A stretch of 64,000 bases of DNA, from contig JALJEE010000107.1 in NCBI GenBank assembly GCA_023231475.1, forward strand, positions 1 through 64,000. The letters are read 5' to 3'. This stretch comes from Seison nebaliae. Its lineage: Eukaryota. Below the pieces are notes generated by a model that saw only the letters and a program-made list of their open reading frames with translations, had not been told where the DNA came from and searched no databases. Shown here one piece after another: positions 51,151 to 64,000 of the stretch. Within the stretch, counting starts at the first letter, position 1. Every line of letters begins with the position of its first letter. A program made the translations under genes and the position numbers.

Positions 51151-52664
51151 GTAGAAAGAGATGATATATATATTCATAAACATGCTTACCGTATATTCTT
51201 TTTCAATTCTTCTCCCATTCAATTCGTCGTTTGTTAAACGTGTTTGATTGAGAAGGATGATAGAAAGGATGTTGCATTCACATGAAAATGAATGTTGTGC
51301 AAATCGTAAAATGAGAGTAAATTGAAGAATATAGTAAAGAAATGCTTTGTTTTTTTTCCTGCGTTATTTTTTCCTTTCTTTATATTCATTCATTCACTCA
51401 GTCATTTACTTATTATTATTATATTATAATTCATTCCCCATTGATTAGTTTCTTTAAAGAAGAGTGAAAATAATGTTTTATTTCAAATACATGTCTTTTC
51501 TTATGTATACATCTTGGAATGACTGGAAAATGAAATTTTTTTTAAAAATTTCTATGGGTGCCTGGCTCGAAGTAAGCGCAAGATTTATAATATTAAAGTA
51601 GCTATGGTTTTTTTTTGACTAATACATCATATGCGAATAGTATGTACATATGTATATGACTGTGTAGAGGGAACAAATGATACCGGGAATAAGTATTCAC
51701 CTCGTAATTTAGTATGCTTATACGTCCTACAATGTAAGAGTTGTGGATTAATTATTATTAAAATTTTTGTTATTTTTTTTAAGAAAACGTACATGAACTC
51801 AATTTTGCTTTATTCTAACTCGTAAATCGCAATAATCTGTGAAATTTTGCTTTGTCTGTCAATTATGGATATACATAAGAACCCTAATAACTCTCCTCCC
51901 TAACATCATTCACTTGTTTAATCAACCGTTATTTCATAAGTTTGTTAATTTAAATTTAATTAGAATTATCACTCTTCATTGTTCACGGTAAGAGAAGAGA
52001 TAGAGTTTGGAGAGTATGAGCTGGAGAAGAACTAAAAGTATGGAGTGTCAACTTGTTAAACGTTTCTCTTCACTAATTCAACTGTTTTATTCCTAAATTA
52101 TAATAACAAATAAAGTTATTTGAAATTAGTTCGACGATAATTTGAGTAAATTTAAATTTAAGTGATGAGAGGAGGTGATGGAGAGAGGAAGGGAAACTAC
52201 GAATTAAAGGACGGGGTCATAAACTTATTGGATGTTAAGGGGGGAAATGATAATCAATTACCAATCAGTCAACATTCATATGTAGATTACCATAAATCCT
52301 AATCTATCATCCAGTCATCGCTCATCACTATGCTTAGAAATTTGTTTTAATTCAATTAATAATTCTTCTTTCATCCCAATTAAGTGGCTGTATCGTTTAT
52401 TTATTTATTAAAATTAAATTTTAAACAGTTATAATGTTCACGCGTCGTGTGTGCACAGAGAATTATTTAGTCCCTTTCTCATTGTTCGAATGATGAATGT
52501 ACATTATTTTGTATTTCATATTCAAAACGTCTACCGTCCATATCATCTGTTTATGGTCCCGTGTATTTCTTTTCTGTTATTTTTTATATACAACCAATTT
52601 CCCTCACTACATAAAACTGAATGTTCGTCGACGAATACAAGTGTGCCCCATGTATATGTATATA

Positions 52665-52742
52665 TGTGTGTATGTGTGTGTGTGTGTGTGTGTGTGAGTT
52701 GAGAGGGTGAGATGCATGTGTATATGTGTGTGTGTGTGTGTG
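52665..52742. repeat. Two adjacent (GT)n microsatellites
   Basis: tgtgtg runs at about 52665-52696 and 52725-52742. Confidence 0.85.
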
Positions 52743-53520
52743 ACTTCGTATCAACCATAAAAGAATTTTATTCCTTCTTGATTTTATTCTATTGAATTTC
52801 CTTCCAATTCTTCTAAATGATATAATGGGGATTCTACAATTATTTGTCTTCTATCGCCTACAACACTCATTTGTATATTAATTGTGCGCACCATGTGAGT
52901 TGGATTGGTACGTATGTGCAATTCATAGTAACATGAGTTTCCCGCCTCCTTTCCACTGGAGAATAATATTTCTTATGGAAACACAGATACATATTATACG
53001 GTGGGAAATGGTATGGACATAGAAGGAAGAGATCGATGTATTTCGTGAGAAAGACATCCGGACATCATCATTCTCCACGTTCAAATGTCTTCTTATATTT
53101 TCGACATATATTGACTTGCTTCTGATCTTGCTGCCCATTGTGAATTGACAACAGCAGTCGCAGTAAAATTAGGAATTGTTATAGATCATTCTCGTCTTTA
53201 TGATTTCTTTGTAGTGAAGAAGAAGAAGTTTCTTTCTCCATTTCCCATGATTACGTACACACTGTTGTTGTTATTGATGATCATTTTATTTATTTATATT
53301 TAACGTTTTTTTTTTTAATATTTGTTCCAATGTCATTGTTCATTCAATCATCTTCTCTTTCTTGGACGTTCTCTTTGAACGAACGTATCCGCTACCAATT
53401 ATTTTTCTCTTGGACAGAATCCTTCATAGGAAGATGAAAGAGTATTATACTCAATCTATATATATATGTAATTTTGGTTGACTTTGTTACATATAAGTAG
53501 TGATGAGTTGACCTTCATTC

Positions 53521-53643
53521 ATATATATTTATATATATATATATATATATATTACTTTATATGAATATATCAATATTATATTACACACCATATTATTTTT
53601 TATTGTGATTATGATGATGATAATGATGATGATGATGATGATG
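53521..53643. repeat. (AT)n and (GAT)n microsatellites
   Basis: (AT)n at about 53521-53552 and (GAT)n at about 53612-53643. Confidence 0.85.
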
Positions 53644-54491
53644 TTAAAAGAATGAAGTAAGTAGTTGGAAAATAAATGATAAATTATCGATTATAACGAC
53701 ATTCTCTTGGAGAAAGCTGATTGAAAAGAAGTACAATATTATCATTATTATCATCATCATCATCGTCCGATATTAGTTAATCAATATTCACCAACATCTA
53801 TTTGTCCATTTAATAATGATGTCTTCTGATCGGTTAATGCAATATCATTTCAAGTTTACGAAATTTCTTCTCCTCATAATCGATAACAGATTCATCATCT
53901 CTTCGAATTCGACATTTTCCCAAAAGATACAAATGAACAAGATAGAGAACGATTTATCATCTAATTTCTTCCCAATTTTCTTGGAACTACTATCAATGAT
54001 TATAATAATTATGATGAAGATTTCTTTTTATACACAATCCACAAATAATTGATAAAGATGATGATTTGTGATATGTGAGAGAGTTATTTCAAATTTCTTC
54101 CTTCCAACTCTTACATTCTATCCATCTATTCAATGGAATCATCTTCATTCTATTTCTTCATCATCATCATCAGCTTTTTCCGTCTCGTTTTATAAATGGT
54201 CATATCATCATATCTAATTCAACTATCATCTTCTACATTTCGTCTTACATGAATTATCTTTCTTTTATGAGTTGAGTCAATAAAGAAGTTGTTCGTTAGA
54301 CTCACGCGAATTAAATATATTTTAAAGTCCTTTTCTTTATATGTCTAAGAATTTACTTATTTATTCAATTTTCCATTGTACTACATTCACTTTCTATTTG
54401 GCCAAATTAGATTGTTTGTAAATTTTTATTTAGAAGATTCTTGGATGATTTGCAATTTTTGATATAAATTTCATTAAAATCTTAATCAAAT

Positions 54492-57400
54492 ATGGTTTCC
54501 ATTAATCTTCTCTATCTCTAATTCTTCAATTCATTCAATTTTATATAGGCACAACAAGAGTCATATCGAGAGGCGACAAAGCCTTCCGGTCAGAATGCGA
54601 AGAAGAAAGGAAAGAAAAAGAATCAGATGGAAGATCTCAAGAAAGAGTTGGAGATGGAAGATCATAGATTATCTCCGGAAGAACTCTTCGCCAAATATGA
54701 AGTGGATAAAACGACAGTTTAAATTTTCATTAATTTCATCTCTCAATAATTTATAAAAAACTCATTTTTAAAGGGATTGAGTGATAATGAAGCAAGAATT
54801 CGATTAGATCGAGATGGACCGAATGCCCTCTCCCCACCAAAAACTACACCGGAATGGGTCAAATTTTGTAAGCAGTTATTTGGCGGTTTTTCCATGTTGT
54901 TGTGGGCTGGAGCAATTCTTTGTTATATTGCTTATACCATCCAAGTGACGACGTTAGAAGAAGCACCGAAAGATAATATTTATTTGGGAATTATTCTAAC
55001 TGGTGTTGTCATTTTAACCGGAATCTTTTCATATTACCAAGAAGCTAAATCATCAAGAATTATGGAATCATTTAAGAATATGGTGCCCCAATTCGCTTTA
55101 GTATTGAGACAGGGTGAGAAGAAGAATTTGCGAGCAGAAGAATTGGTCATTGGTGATATAATCGACATTAAAAGTGGAGATCGTATTCCTGCCGATATTC
55201 GAGTATTGAAAGCACAAGGATTAAAAGTGGACAATTCCTCTCTAACTGGTGAATCGGAACCGCAATCTCGTGGTCCAGATAATACGAATGATAATCCATT
55301 GGAAACTCGATGTCTCGCTTTCTTCTCTACGAATTGTGTTGAAGGAAATGCAACCGGTCTTGTTATTCGATGTGGTGACAATACAGTCATGGGACGTATT
55401 GCTAATTTGACTTCCAATTTGGATAGTGGACAAACGCCAATTTCAAGAGAAATCGATCATTTCATTCACATCATTTCTGGTGTAGCTATCTTCCTCGGTG
55501 TATCATTCTTTATTATCGCCAAGAGTCTCCAATATCGATGGTTGGATGCTGTCATTTTTTTGATCGGAATTATTGTAGCGAATGTACCTGAAGGATTATT
55601 GGCAACTGTCACTGTCTGTTTGACATTGACAGCGAAGAGAATGGCAAGAAAGAATTGTCTTGTGAAGAATTTGGAAGCTGTCGAAACATTAGGATCTACA
55701 TCGACTATTTGCTCTGATAAAACAGGAACATTGACACAAAATCGTATGACGGTGGCACATATGTGGTTCGATAATAATATCATCGAAGCTGATACGACAG
55801 AAGATCAAAGTGGAAATACATTTAATCGAAAAGCATTCGGATGGATCGCATTGTCACGATGTGCACAATTATGTAATCGTGCTGAATTTAAAACGGAAGC
55901 AGATAATATGTCCAAACCAGTCCTTCAACGAGAATGTAATGGTGATGCATCAGAATCAGCTTTATTGAAATGTGTCGAATTATCATCAGGAAATGTGAGT
56001 AGATATCGTCAAAGTAATCCAAAGATTGCTGAAATTCCTTTCAATTCAACGAACAAATATCAAGTTTCTATTCATCGAACAGATGATGGAGATCCAAGAT
56101 TCTTATTAGTAATGAAAGGAGCACCTGAACGAATTCTTGAACGTTGTAGTACCATTTTCATCGACAACGAAGAACAACCATTAGATGATGCATGGAAAGC
56201 GAAATTTGAAGAAGCATATATCAATCTTGGAGGTTTAGGAGAACGTGTCTTAGGTTTTTGTGATTTTCGATTACCACAAGACAAATTCCATCCCAAATAT
56301 GCGTTCGATGTTGATGATGTAAATTTTCCATTAGAAGAATTTCGTTTCTTAGGATTAATGTCTATGATTGATCCACCTCGTGCTGCTGTACCTGGTGCTG
56401 TATCGAAATGTCGATCAGCTGGTATCAAAATTATTATGGTAACAGGAGATCATCCAATTACTGCACATGCCATTGCTAAATCTGTTGGAATAATTTCTCC
56501 AAACAGTGAGACACCGGAAGATATGGCAAAACGATTAGGAAAGAATGTGAACGAAATTGACCATAGTAAATGTAGTGCGGCAGTTATTCATGGAAATGAT
56601 TTGAAGAATTATTCACCCTCAGATATCGATGATGTATTGAAAACACATGCAGAAATCGTTTTTGCTAGAACGTCACCACAACAGAAATTGATTATTGTCG
56701 AAGGTTGTCAACGACAGGGACAAATCGTCGCTGTAACTGGTGATGGTGTCAATGATTCACCAGCATTAAAGAAAGCTGATATCGGCGTTGCTATGGGTAT
56801 CGCTGGTTCAGATGTGAGTAAACAAGCTGCCGATATGATTCTCTTGGATGATAATTTCGCTTCAATTGTAGTCGGAGTAGAAGAAGGTTTCATTTGACTT
56901 TTTTAAAATTTTTTTAATAATTTTTTAAAAAATTTTTAAAAAATTTTAAGGTCGTTTAATTTTCGATAATTTGAAGAAATCGATCGCTTATACATTAACA
57001 TCGAATATTCCCGAAATCACACCGTTTTTGGTGTTCATCGTTTCAGATATTCCTCTTCCTTTGGGAACTGTAACAATTCTATGTATCGATTTGGGAACTG
57101 ATCTCTTCCCAGCTATTTCTTTGGCGTACGAGAAAGCGGAAACAGATATTATGAGAAGAAAACCTCGTGATCCAATCAATGATAAATTGGTCAATCAACG
57201 TCTCATTTCCATCACTTACGGTCAAATCGGTTTCATTCAGGTTATAATTAAAATTTAAGAAAATATTTTCAAAAAATTTTTCTCTTATTTTTTTGAAGGC
57301 AACTGCCGGTTTCTTTGCCTATACGGTAATTATGGCAGAAAATGGATTTTGGCCAAGTCGTTTATTTGGAATTCGTGCCGCTTGGGACTCGTCAGCAATT

Positions 57401-57936
57401 AACGATTTAGAAGATTCTTATGGACAAGTTAATTATTTCATTTTTTTTCCAGTTCTTATTCTAGACATTTAAAGGAATGGACATTTCAACAACGAAAAAC
57501 ATTAGAATATACTTGTCATACAGCTTTCTTCGTCTCCATCGTTATCGTACAATGGACCGATTTGCTTATTTGTAAAACGAGACGTCTCTCAATCTTACAA
57601 CAAGGAATGAAGTTAATAATTTTTGATAGAAAATTTAAAAATTTTATAATTTTCCTTTTTTAATAGAAATCATGTGATGACATTCGCCTTATTCTTCGAA
57701 ACAGCACTTGCTGCTTTCTTGGCATATTGTCCCGGTATGGATAAAGTTTGTCTATTTATTAATTCTTTCTCATTTTATTATTAATCCAATAGGGTATTCA
57801 TATGTATCCGTTACGTGCATCTTGGTGGTTACCAGCACTACCCTTCTGCATAATAATATTGATTTATGATGAAGTACGTAAATATCTAATAAGAAAGAAT
57901 CCTCACGGATGGGTAGAACAGGAAACGTACTACTAG
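54492..57936 (+). CDS. ATP1A: Na+/K+-ATPase alpha subunit (P-type IIC); introns 54495-54548, 54717-54773, 56887-56950, 57241-57298, 57428-57474, 57612-57666, 57746-57792
   Basis: [64 protein letters not shown], and C-terminal ETYY. The M1-M2 loop keeps Q and N at the cardiac-glycoside-sensitivity positions. Confidence 0.98.
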
Positions 57937-59951
57937 TCGTCGGAATAGATAGAGAATCGATCAATTCAATGAACGAAGAACGACCGAAACATTTATTCTG
58001 ACTAACTATTTTTTATATCAATTTATTGAGATATGATGCAACTGATTGATGAGTTCAAATACAAATCGAATTAATGAGAGAAATATATCGATTTATTTAA
58101 ATTAATGTAGCAAAAAACAAATTCTCCATTCGAATTTTTCCATCATTCATTTGGAATATTTCAATGGAAATTTTTTCATTTTAACATTTTTTTTTGTTTA
58201 AAAAATTTTCCTTACTTTTCTCCTCCTACTTTCTTTTTCAAATTGTTGATAACAAATAACAAAATATTTTCATTTGTTTTCTTTCGTTTCTCTTTATTAT
58301 TCTTATATTATTCTTATATTATACAAACTCACACACACATACACACACACTCACACACATACACACACAATATATATGATTTATTGTCGGATCTATCTAT
58401 AGCAGGTTTATGCACAAAACGAAACCTTAAAATTTAATATTTTTCAAAATTTCATAATTGAACATTCTTTCGTTCTCCGGGTCGTAAAAATATATACAAT
58501 AGATATTTCTCCATTTTCTTTCATTTATATATTAGTGTCAGAAACATCGTCATAAAAGTATTGTGCACAAAAAATGCACAATCTCATCCTATGGAAAATA
58601 ACAGTAATAATGTAATTTTGAGAAATTTCGAAAAGAACACACAACAGAAAAATTGATCGATTCTTTACATTTTTTGGAAGAATTTTGGAAATGAAAATTT
58701 TCCCTCGAAACATTTCCTTGTTCGAATTTATTTAAAATGAGCAGAACCGTCTCGAAATTTTCCTTTTTAATTATTCCTTCCTCCAAATTTATTATTAACT
58801 CGCAGATTCATTGATTATCGTTAAAAATTAAATGTTTTCCTTTGTTATATTAGTAGAATTAGCGATTAATCAAAATTTTTATTCTTTCCATCATCCATCA
58901 TCACTTTATGATCGATTAACAGCGATTTTTACTTACTAATCGGTCAATTTCCTTCTTTTCATCCAAATTAAAAAATAAGAAATGAAAATTTCATATTTAA
59001 CTTAAATAGATCGATATTTACGTTTTGGATATTGGAATGGGCAATTTATGAGAAATGGAAATAATGATCAGTTCATCATCATTCGAGATATATTTCATCC
59101 TGTTCAAATATTTTAATTCAATTTATAATGATTATTATCAATATTTCACTTTTTTTTTATTATACAATTTTAATGATGAAGATTAGAAATTAAATTATTT
59201 TTCGTTGTATCTCTTACTATGCAAATGCAGTAACGATATTTGACATATCCGAATTGAACCAGAAATATAACAAAAGAACAAGAAATTATGTCGATTAAGA
59301 AAACTGATTTGAAATTGTTTTACTGGAAATTTAAGAAAATAGATTGAGATAACAGTTACCATATATACTAGATATTAGATACATGTATATTTGCCATGAA
59401 ATTTATTAGATCAATATTTCATCGATTATTTAATGATTATAGAATATTGTCAATATTATGTTTATGATTTTTTCCAAATAATATGGCTATTCTAACTATG
59501 ATTTTATTTCTTAACATTTTTATTAATTTTTATTAATTTTTATTTTCATTATCTTTCCTTCTTTTATTATGATATGTGATTAAAATTGTCCACGTATATT
59601 GTAACTATCTATATTAAGGAATTAAAGGATGAATTAAAATAATTTCTGTTGGTTGTAGAAATGATATACAACATCTAATGCTTCTGATCAATTGATTATG
59701 AATAGTATTAGATATTATGTATTAGATATGATGAAGAAATATTTATGATGAAAATATATTTCTTATTAATTTAAAGCAAAAAAAACGAAAAATAGTTAAT
59801 GAGTATAAATTGGTATTGTAAGTGATCTGTTGACAACACCGGTGTCTATTTTTATGTGTTAAGAAGGATCAATTTTTGTGTTTTGGTTCGTTTGTAAAAA
59901 AAATGTTTTAATTCTTCTTCAATTCATTCAATTTGTTTTGGAAGTGTGTAT

Positions 59952-62900
59952 TTATAAGAAAGTTGTCTTCATTTTAGATGAGAGTTGAAGTTTCTTGTTT
60001 TTGTTTGTGTTAAGAATTCGAATTTGTGAGATACGTTTATCAATTTGTTCGATATTAAATAGTGGCGGCGATGATGAATCTTTAGTTTCTTTTAGTGATG
60101 AAGATGCTGGATTGGAATCAGTCAAAGTTACATCTACATCGCTTGGTTGTATGGCTGCTAACGGTGCTCCATATTTCTGTTTCAGTGGCAAATAAGTTGA
60201 GGTAGACAATTTTTGTGGTTTGTTTTTCTTTGAAGAAAATTGTGTCTCTTTTATGGGATCATCTAAAGCGGTTAAATCCACATCATTTAAAGTACCAGAA
60301 GTATTTTTATGATGAATTTCCACACTAATGTTACTTGTTTCTGATTCGGCTAAATTTCGTTTAGACATTTCAATGGAAGACGGTAATGTCGTTTTCTGAG
60401 GTTGGGATGAGAGAGAATTGGATGATTCAATGGAAGTTGTGTAATTCATTCCACTTAATTGCTTAGCAGTTGATGGTTGATCGTTTGTTCGCTGTTGGTC
60501 TTTACCTAACACGATTGATGTGGAAGTGTTATAGAGACGATGAGCAAATTGTGATACATCTCTGATTGATGATCTTAGTTGATGGTTTTTCATATTTTTC
60601 GAATTAGCAGTTCTCTGGTTATCTTCGTTGCTATAGCGATGAGGACATGAAGGTAAATGATAATGTGCTGGCGATTTGATAATTTTCAAAGAATCAATTT
60701 CATCAATAAATGCACGTGAATGTTTTGAAGATTTCTTATATTTTTGCCTTTTACACGTCACATCGAAATGTTGGAGAAGGTTAGACGATGTTGCATCTTC
60801 CTTATATTTTTTGAGTAATTTAAGACGATCTTTTCCTTTGATGGATAAGAGATTTTCTGATGATTTCAAAATATCATCAATATTTTCACTCATATCATTG
60901 ATTTGTTGACGAATGTCTTCAACCTTTTGAGAATTAATTGTTGATAAACTTTCGGATTTGGACGGACGACCCTTGAATATCATATCTTTCCCAATCGATC
61001 CGTTATATGAATCGATATTTGACCTTTCTATCAGATTATCATTCTCATCCAATGACATGATAACCGCCATTTGTTCAGCTTCTTCTTGTTCATCATCTTC
61101 CTCTTCACGTCGTTCATCTTCAGTATTCATTGTCAGAAATCGTAATACCAATAAATTTACACAAGAAGCAACAACGGTAAGACCGAACAATATGAAGATT
61201 AATGAGAAAGTGACATAAGAAGGATTTGCTTCTAATGCACTCTCTCGTTGAAGAGCAACATAATCACCAAATCCGATTGTTGTTAGAGTAATGAAACAAT
61301 AATAAATACAATCGAAATAATGCCAATCTTCATAATATGCAAATGCGCCCGCACCACTTGTTATGACAATGATTGATAACATTCCACTAATTATAACCAA
61401 TTCACTTTGAGTTACTTCTTGTCGCGGTCTATCCAATTGTCGTTTTATCTTTAATAGTTTCATTAAAAAGTTTAATATTTCAAATGAAAATTTACTAACT
61501 TGAATAACTATCCAACTGACTAATGCATTTAACCGTTCACCAACACTGTGGAACATCACCAAACAAAGAGGAATTCCTGCCATCGCATATGCCATACAAA
61601 ATAATTTACCACCAACTGTTTTCGGTGTTGTATGTCCATATCCTAATTTTGGAAGTAAATTAAAAAGGAAGGAAGAAATCTAAGATAAACCGATGGTAGT
61701 TATGACGGTTGTTGAAAAGTAAAAGGCTCCCGCAAACCTCCATTGGATACCTGTATTATGGAAACCGGCTTTTAACGCCGTTTGTTCTAATAGATGTAGA
61801 TCGTCTTCTGATATATTGTATAGTCCAGTTATTCGAATTTGAGATTTTCTTACACGATCCTGATTTTGAATTTCTTGTTGTGACTCGAGTGCATCGAAGA
61901 CGGCCGCTCCAATCAATAGATAAGTAAATGTACAAATGATGAGACTAAATGTTCGGACGTTCTGTTTCTTCATGCCAAACGAGAAGAATTTTCCATTCAA
62001 AACATTTCGGATACATTTCAAATAGAAATTTGATTTTGAATATTTACTATTTGATATTTCGTTGTTCGGTCGAAACTGATGACAACAGACTGATGTATTT
62101 TGTAATGGATGATCACCACAATGTGAATGATGGGGTTGATGATGTTGGAGAATGGACAATGATGGACGATGAGATATATTGTCTGTAGTAACCGATGATT
62201 TTTTTGGTGGTATATTATCATTAATAATCGAACAATGTTGACTGCTAATTGATATTTTTGCACGACGACTTGACATATTCGAATCGTTTAAACTCATTTT
62301 TCTTTGAAATAATTCATTGGATGGAACTGATGAATCAATGATCTTATTACACGTGATAACTGACGATGCTTCTGTTGATGATCTTTTTGATGTAAATAAA
62401 CTTCTTTTGTGTGTCAGAATGTTTGCTGGTTTTTGCGACGGTACCGAATAATCATTCTTGATAGATGAACAATAACCACTGAAATTATCGGTCATATAAC
62501 TTTGATTTGATATCGATGGTTTACCATATCTTAATGTATAACGTTGTGCATCCGTTAACGGTTTTCTATAAGCGCGACTTTTCTTTGGTCGACCCATATG
62601 TTGTTGTTGTTGATAGATTAAACAATTACGACATGGTTGAGTACTGATGGATGAAGTCTTCACTGGTTCGATGGTTTTCCTCATTCTCATATTATCATCC
62701 GTAGAAATTACAGATGATGACGTTATTATGGAATTGAGTATTTCACTTCTCTTAAATTGATTTGAATGCTTTTGATGATAATAATGATGATGTTGATAGT
62801 GATGTTGTGAAGGATGTTGTGGACAATGATTCTTCTGATGTAATATGGTTGATTCGTCACCGGAACCATATTTATCAGTTGACGTATAATTCCCTTGTTC

Positions 62901-63026
62901 ATCTTTCTTATCAGTTGAATTATCATTATTTCGTGCATCTTGTCGATGAAGAATATGTGGCGACGATCGTTTGAGAGGAGGACGTTGCTCCGTTCGCCGT
63001 ATAGTAGACGAACTGTCATCGCTCAT
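59952..63026 (-). CDS. Two-pore-domain K+ channel, TASK subfamily; introns 61643-61690 and probably 61449-61499
   Basis: [42 protein letters not shown]1 TTIG|YGH with the His next to GYG as in acid-sensitive TASK channels; P2 [18 protein letters not shown]. Confidence 0.95.
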
Positions 63027-64000
63027 CTCTCCAATTACCTTATTGTCATGTTATTGTAGGATGAATAGGAAAATGATTAGGTAATGCATTTTGTTTGCAC
63101 TTTTCTATTCTAATATATTTCTTCGAGATAATTATCTAAATGGCAAACAACGATACAAGAATAAATGATTTGTTAAAATTCTTCATAAACTTCTCATTAC
63201 ATATATTTTTTCAAATTGAAACTCTTTCTTTTTTAAAGAAATATTTATTATAAAAACAATTTTCCACAGAATCTAACAACTTCATTTTTATATCCACAAT
63301 TATTACAATCAATTTGCTTCTAGTTTCACGACCGATGAACCGTGCGAAAGAAAGATATCGACGTAAATATGGAACATTGTGGAGTTTATGTAGTAGAGAA
63401 GGATCGTATCATTCACAGCGAACAGATTTGGCTTCAATCAAAAGAAAATTGAATGTTTCTCAGCAGTGCTCAGTAGGAAATATTTAATATTCTTCCTGTT
63501 TCCTTTAAACTGTTTAGCAATTTTTGCTAATAAATGAAAATAATTGCCTATTTCTATCATACGGTTTCTCCACTATTTCACTAACGAACAAATGTCACAT
63601 TAGCGGGTGAAAATAGAGATATTCTTCCATATATACACACCATTCCATCAATCTACACAATCACAATACTTAGATGCTTACAGACGACACATACGATTTG
63701 GAGTCTGTACCAATATGAAACTCAACAGACAATTATATAATTGTCTAGTTTTCATATTATACTCTGAATGTTTCCCTTAATTGTGAAGGTGAACATCAGG
63801 ACATTCGGTTGGAAGGAGAATGTATATGAATAGAGAATAGTAGAATTCTCTTCAATTTCTGATATTCTGATGTCGAATCAAAGATGTTTAATGAGAAAAT
63901 TTCTGTTCGCATTCTGCAATTATATGTTTTTCCTTCTAATTGAAATTAATGATAAAGATAATTATAAATAAATTTATTTAGAATATATTAAAATCCCAAC

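Noticed and set aside
55034..57194. Minus-strand ORFs over the ATPase (similarly over the K2P, mucin-like and T-box genes)
   Set aside because: Antisense shadows of real coding sequence with no independent coding signal.

Overview
AT-rich, compact animal (eukaryotic) genomic DNA with no prokaryotic features. About 15 protein-coding genes can be rebuilt by hand, most split by very short introns (mostly 41-64 nt). Recognisable genes: nicotinic acetylcholine receptor alpha subunit, RNPS1, an SLC18B1-like MFS transporter, tRNA-Gln(TTG), a divergent RAB3GAP2-like gene, an Eomes/Tbr1-class T-box gene, a degenerate CD39/NTPDase-like gene, RPLP2, Na+/K+-ATPase alpha and a TASK-type K2P channel, plus several orphans. 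The strongest unexpected signal is in the splice sites. Of 38 introns placed in genes of recognisable families, 35 begin GTT instead of the usual GTRAG, only 8 have G at +5, and 10 end in AAG, while perfect GTAAGT hexamers sit inside open exons. This points to altered 5' splice-site recognition. Other notable items: an unidentified ~270-nt multi-hairpin element near the tRNA, a probable pseudo-enzyme NTPDase, a ~186-aa insertion inside the T-box, a non-canonical RPLP2 C-terminus, a ~351-aa N-terminal extension on the TASK channel and a 9' Val in the nAChR pore. All gene models and family calls come from manual reading and remembered family motifs; no searches were run. The organism is not identified; a small spiralian is only a guess.
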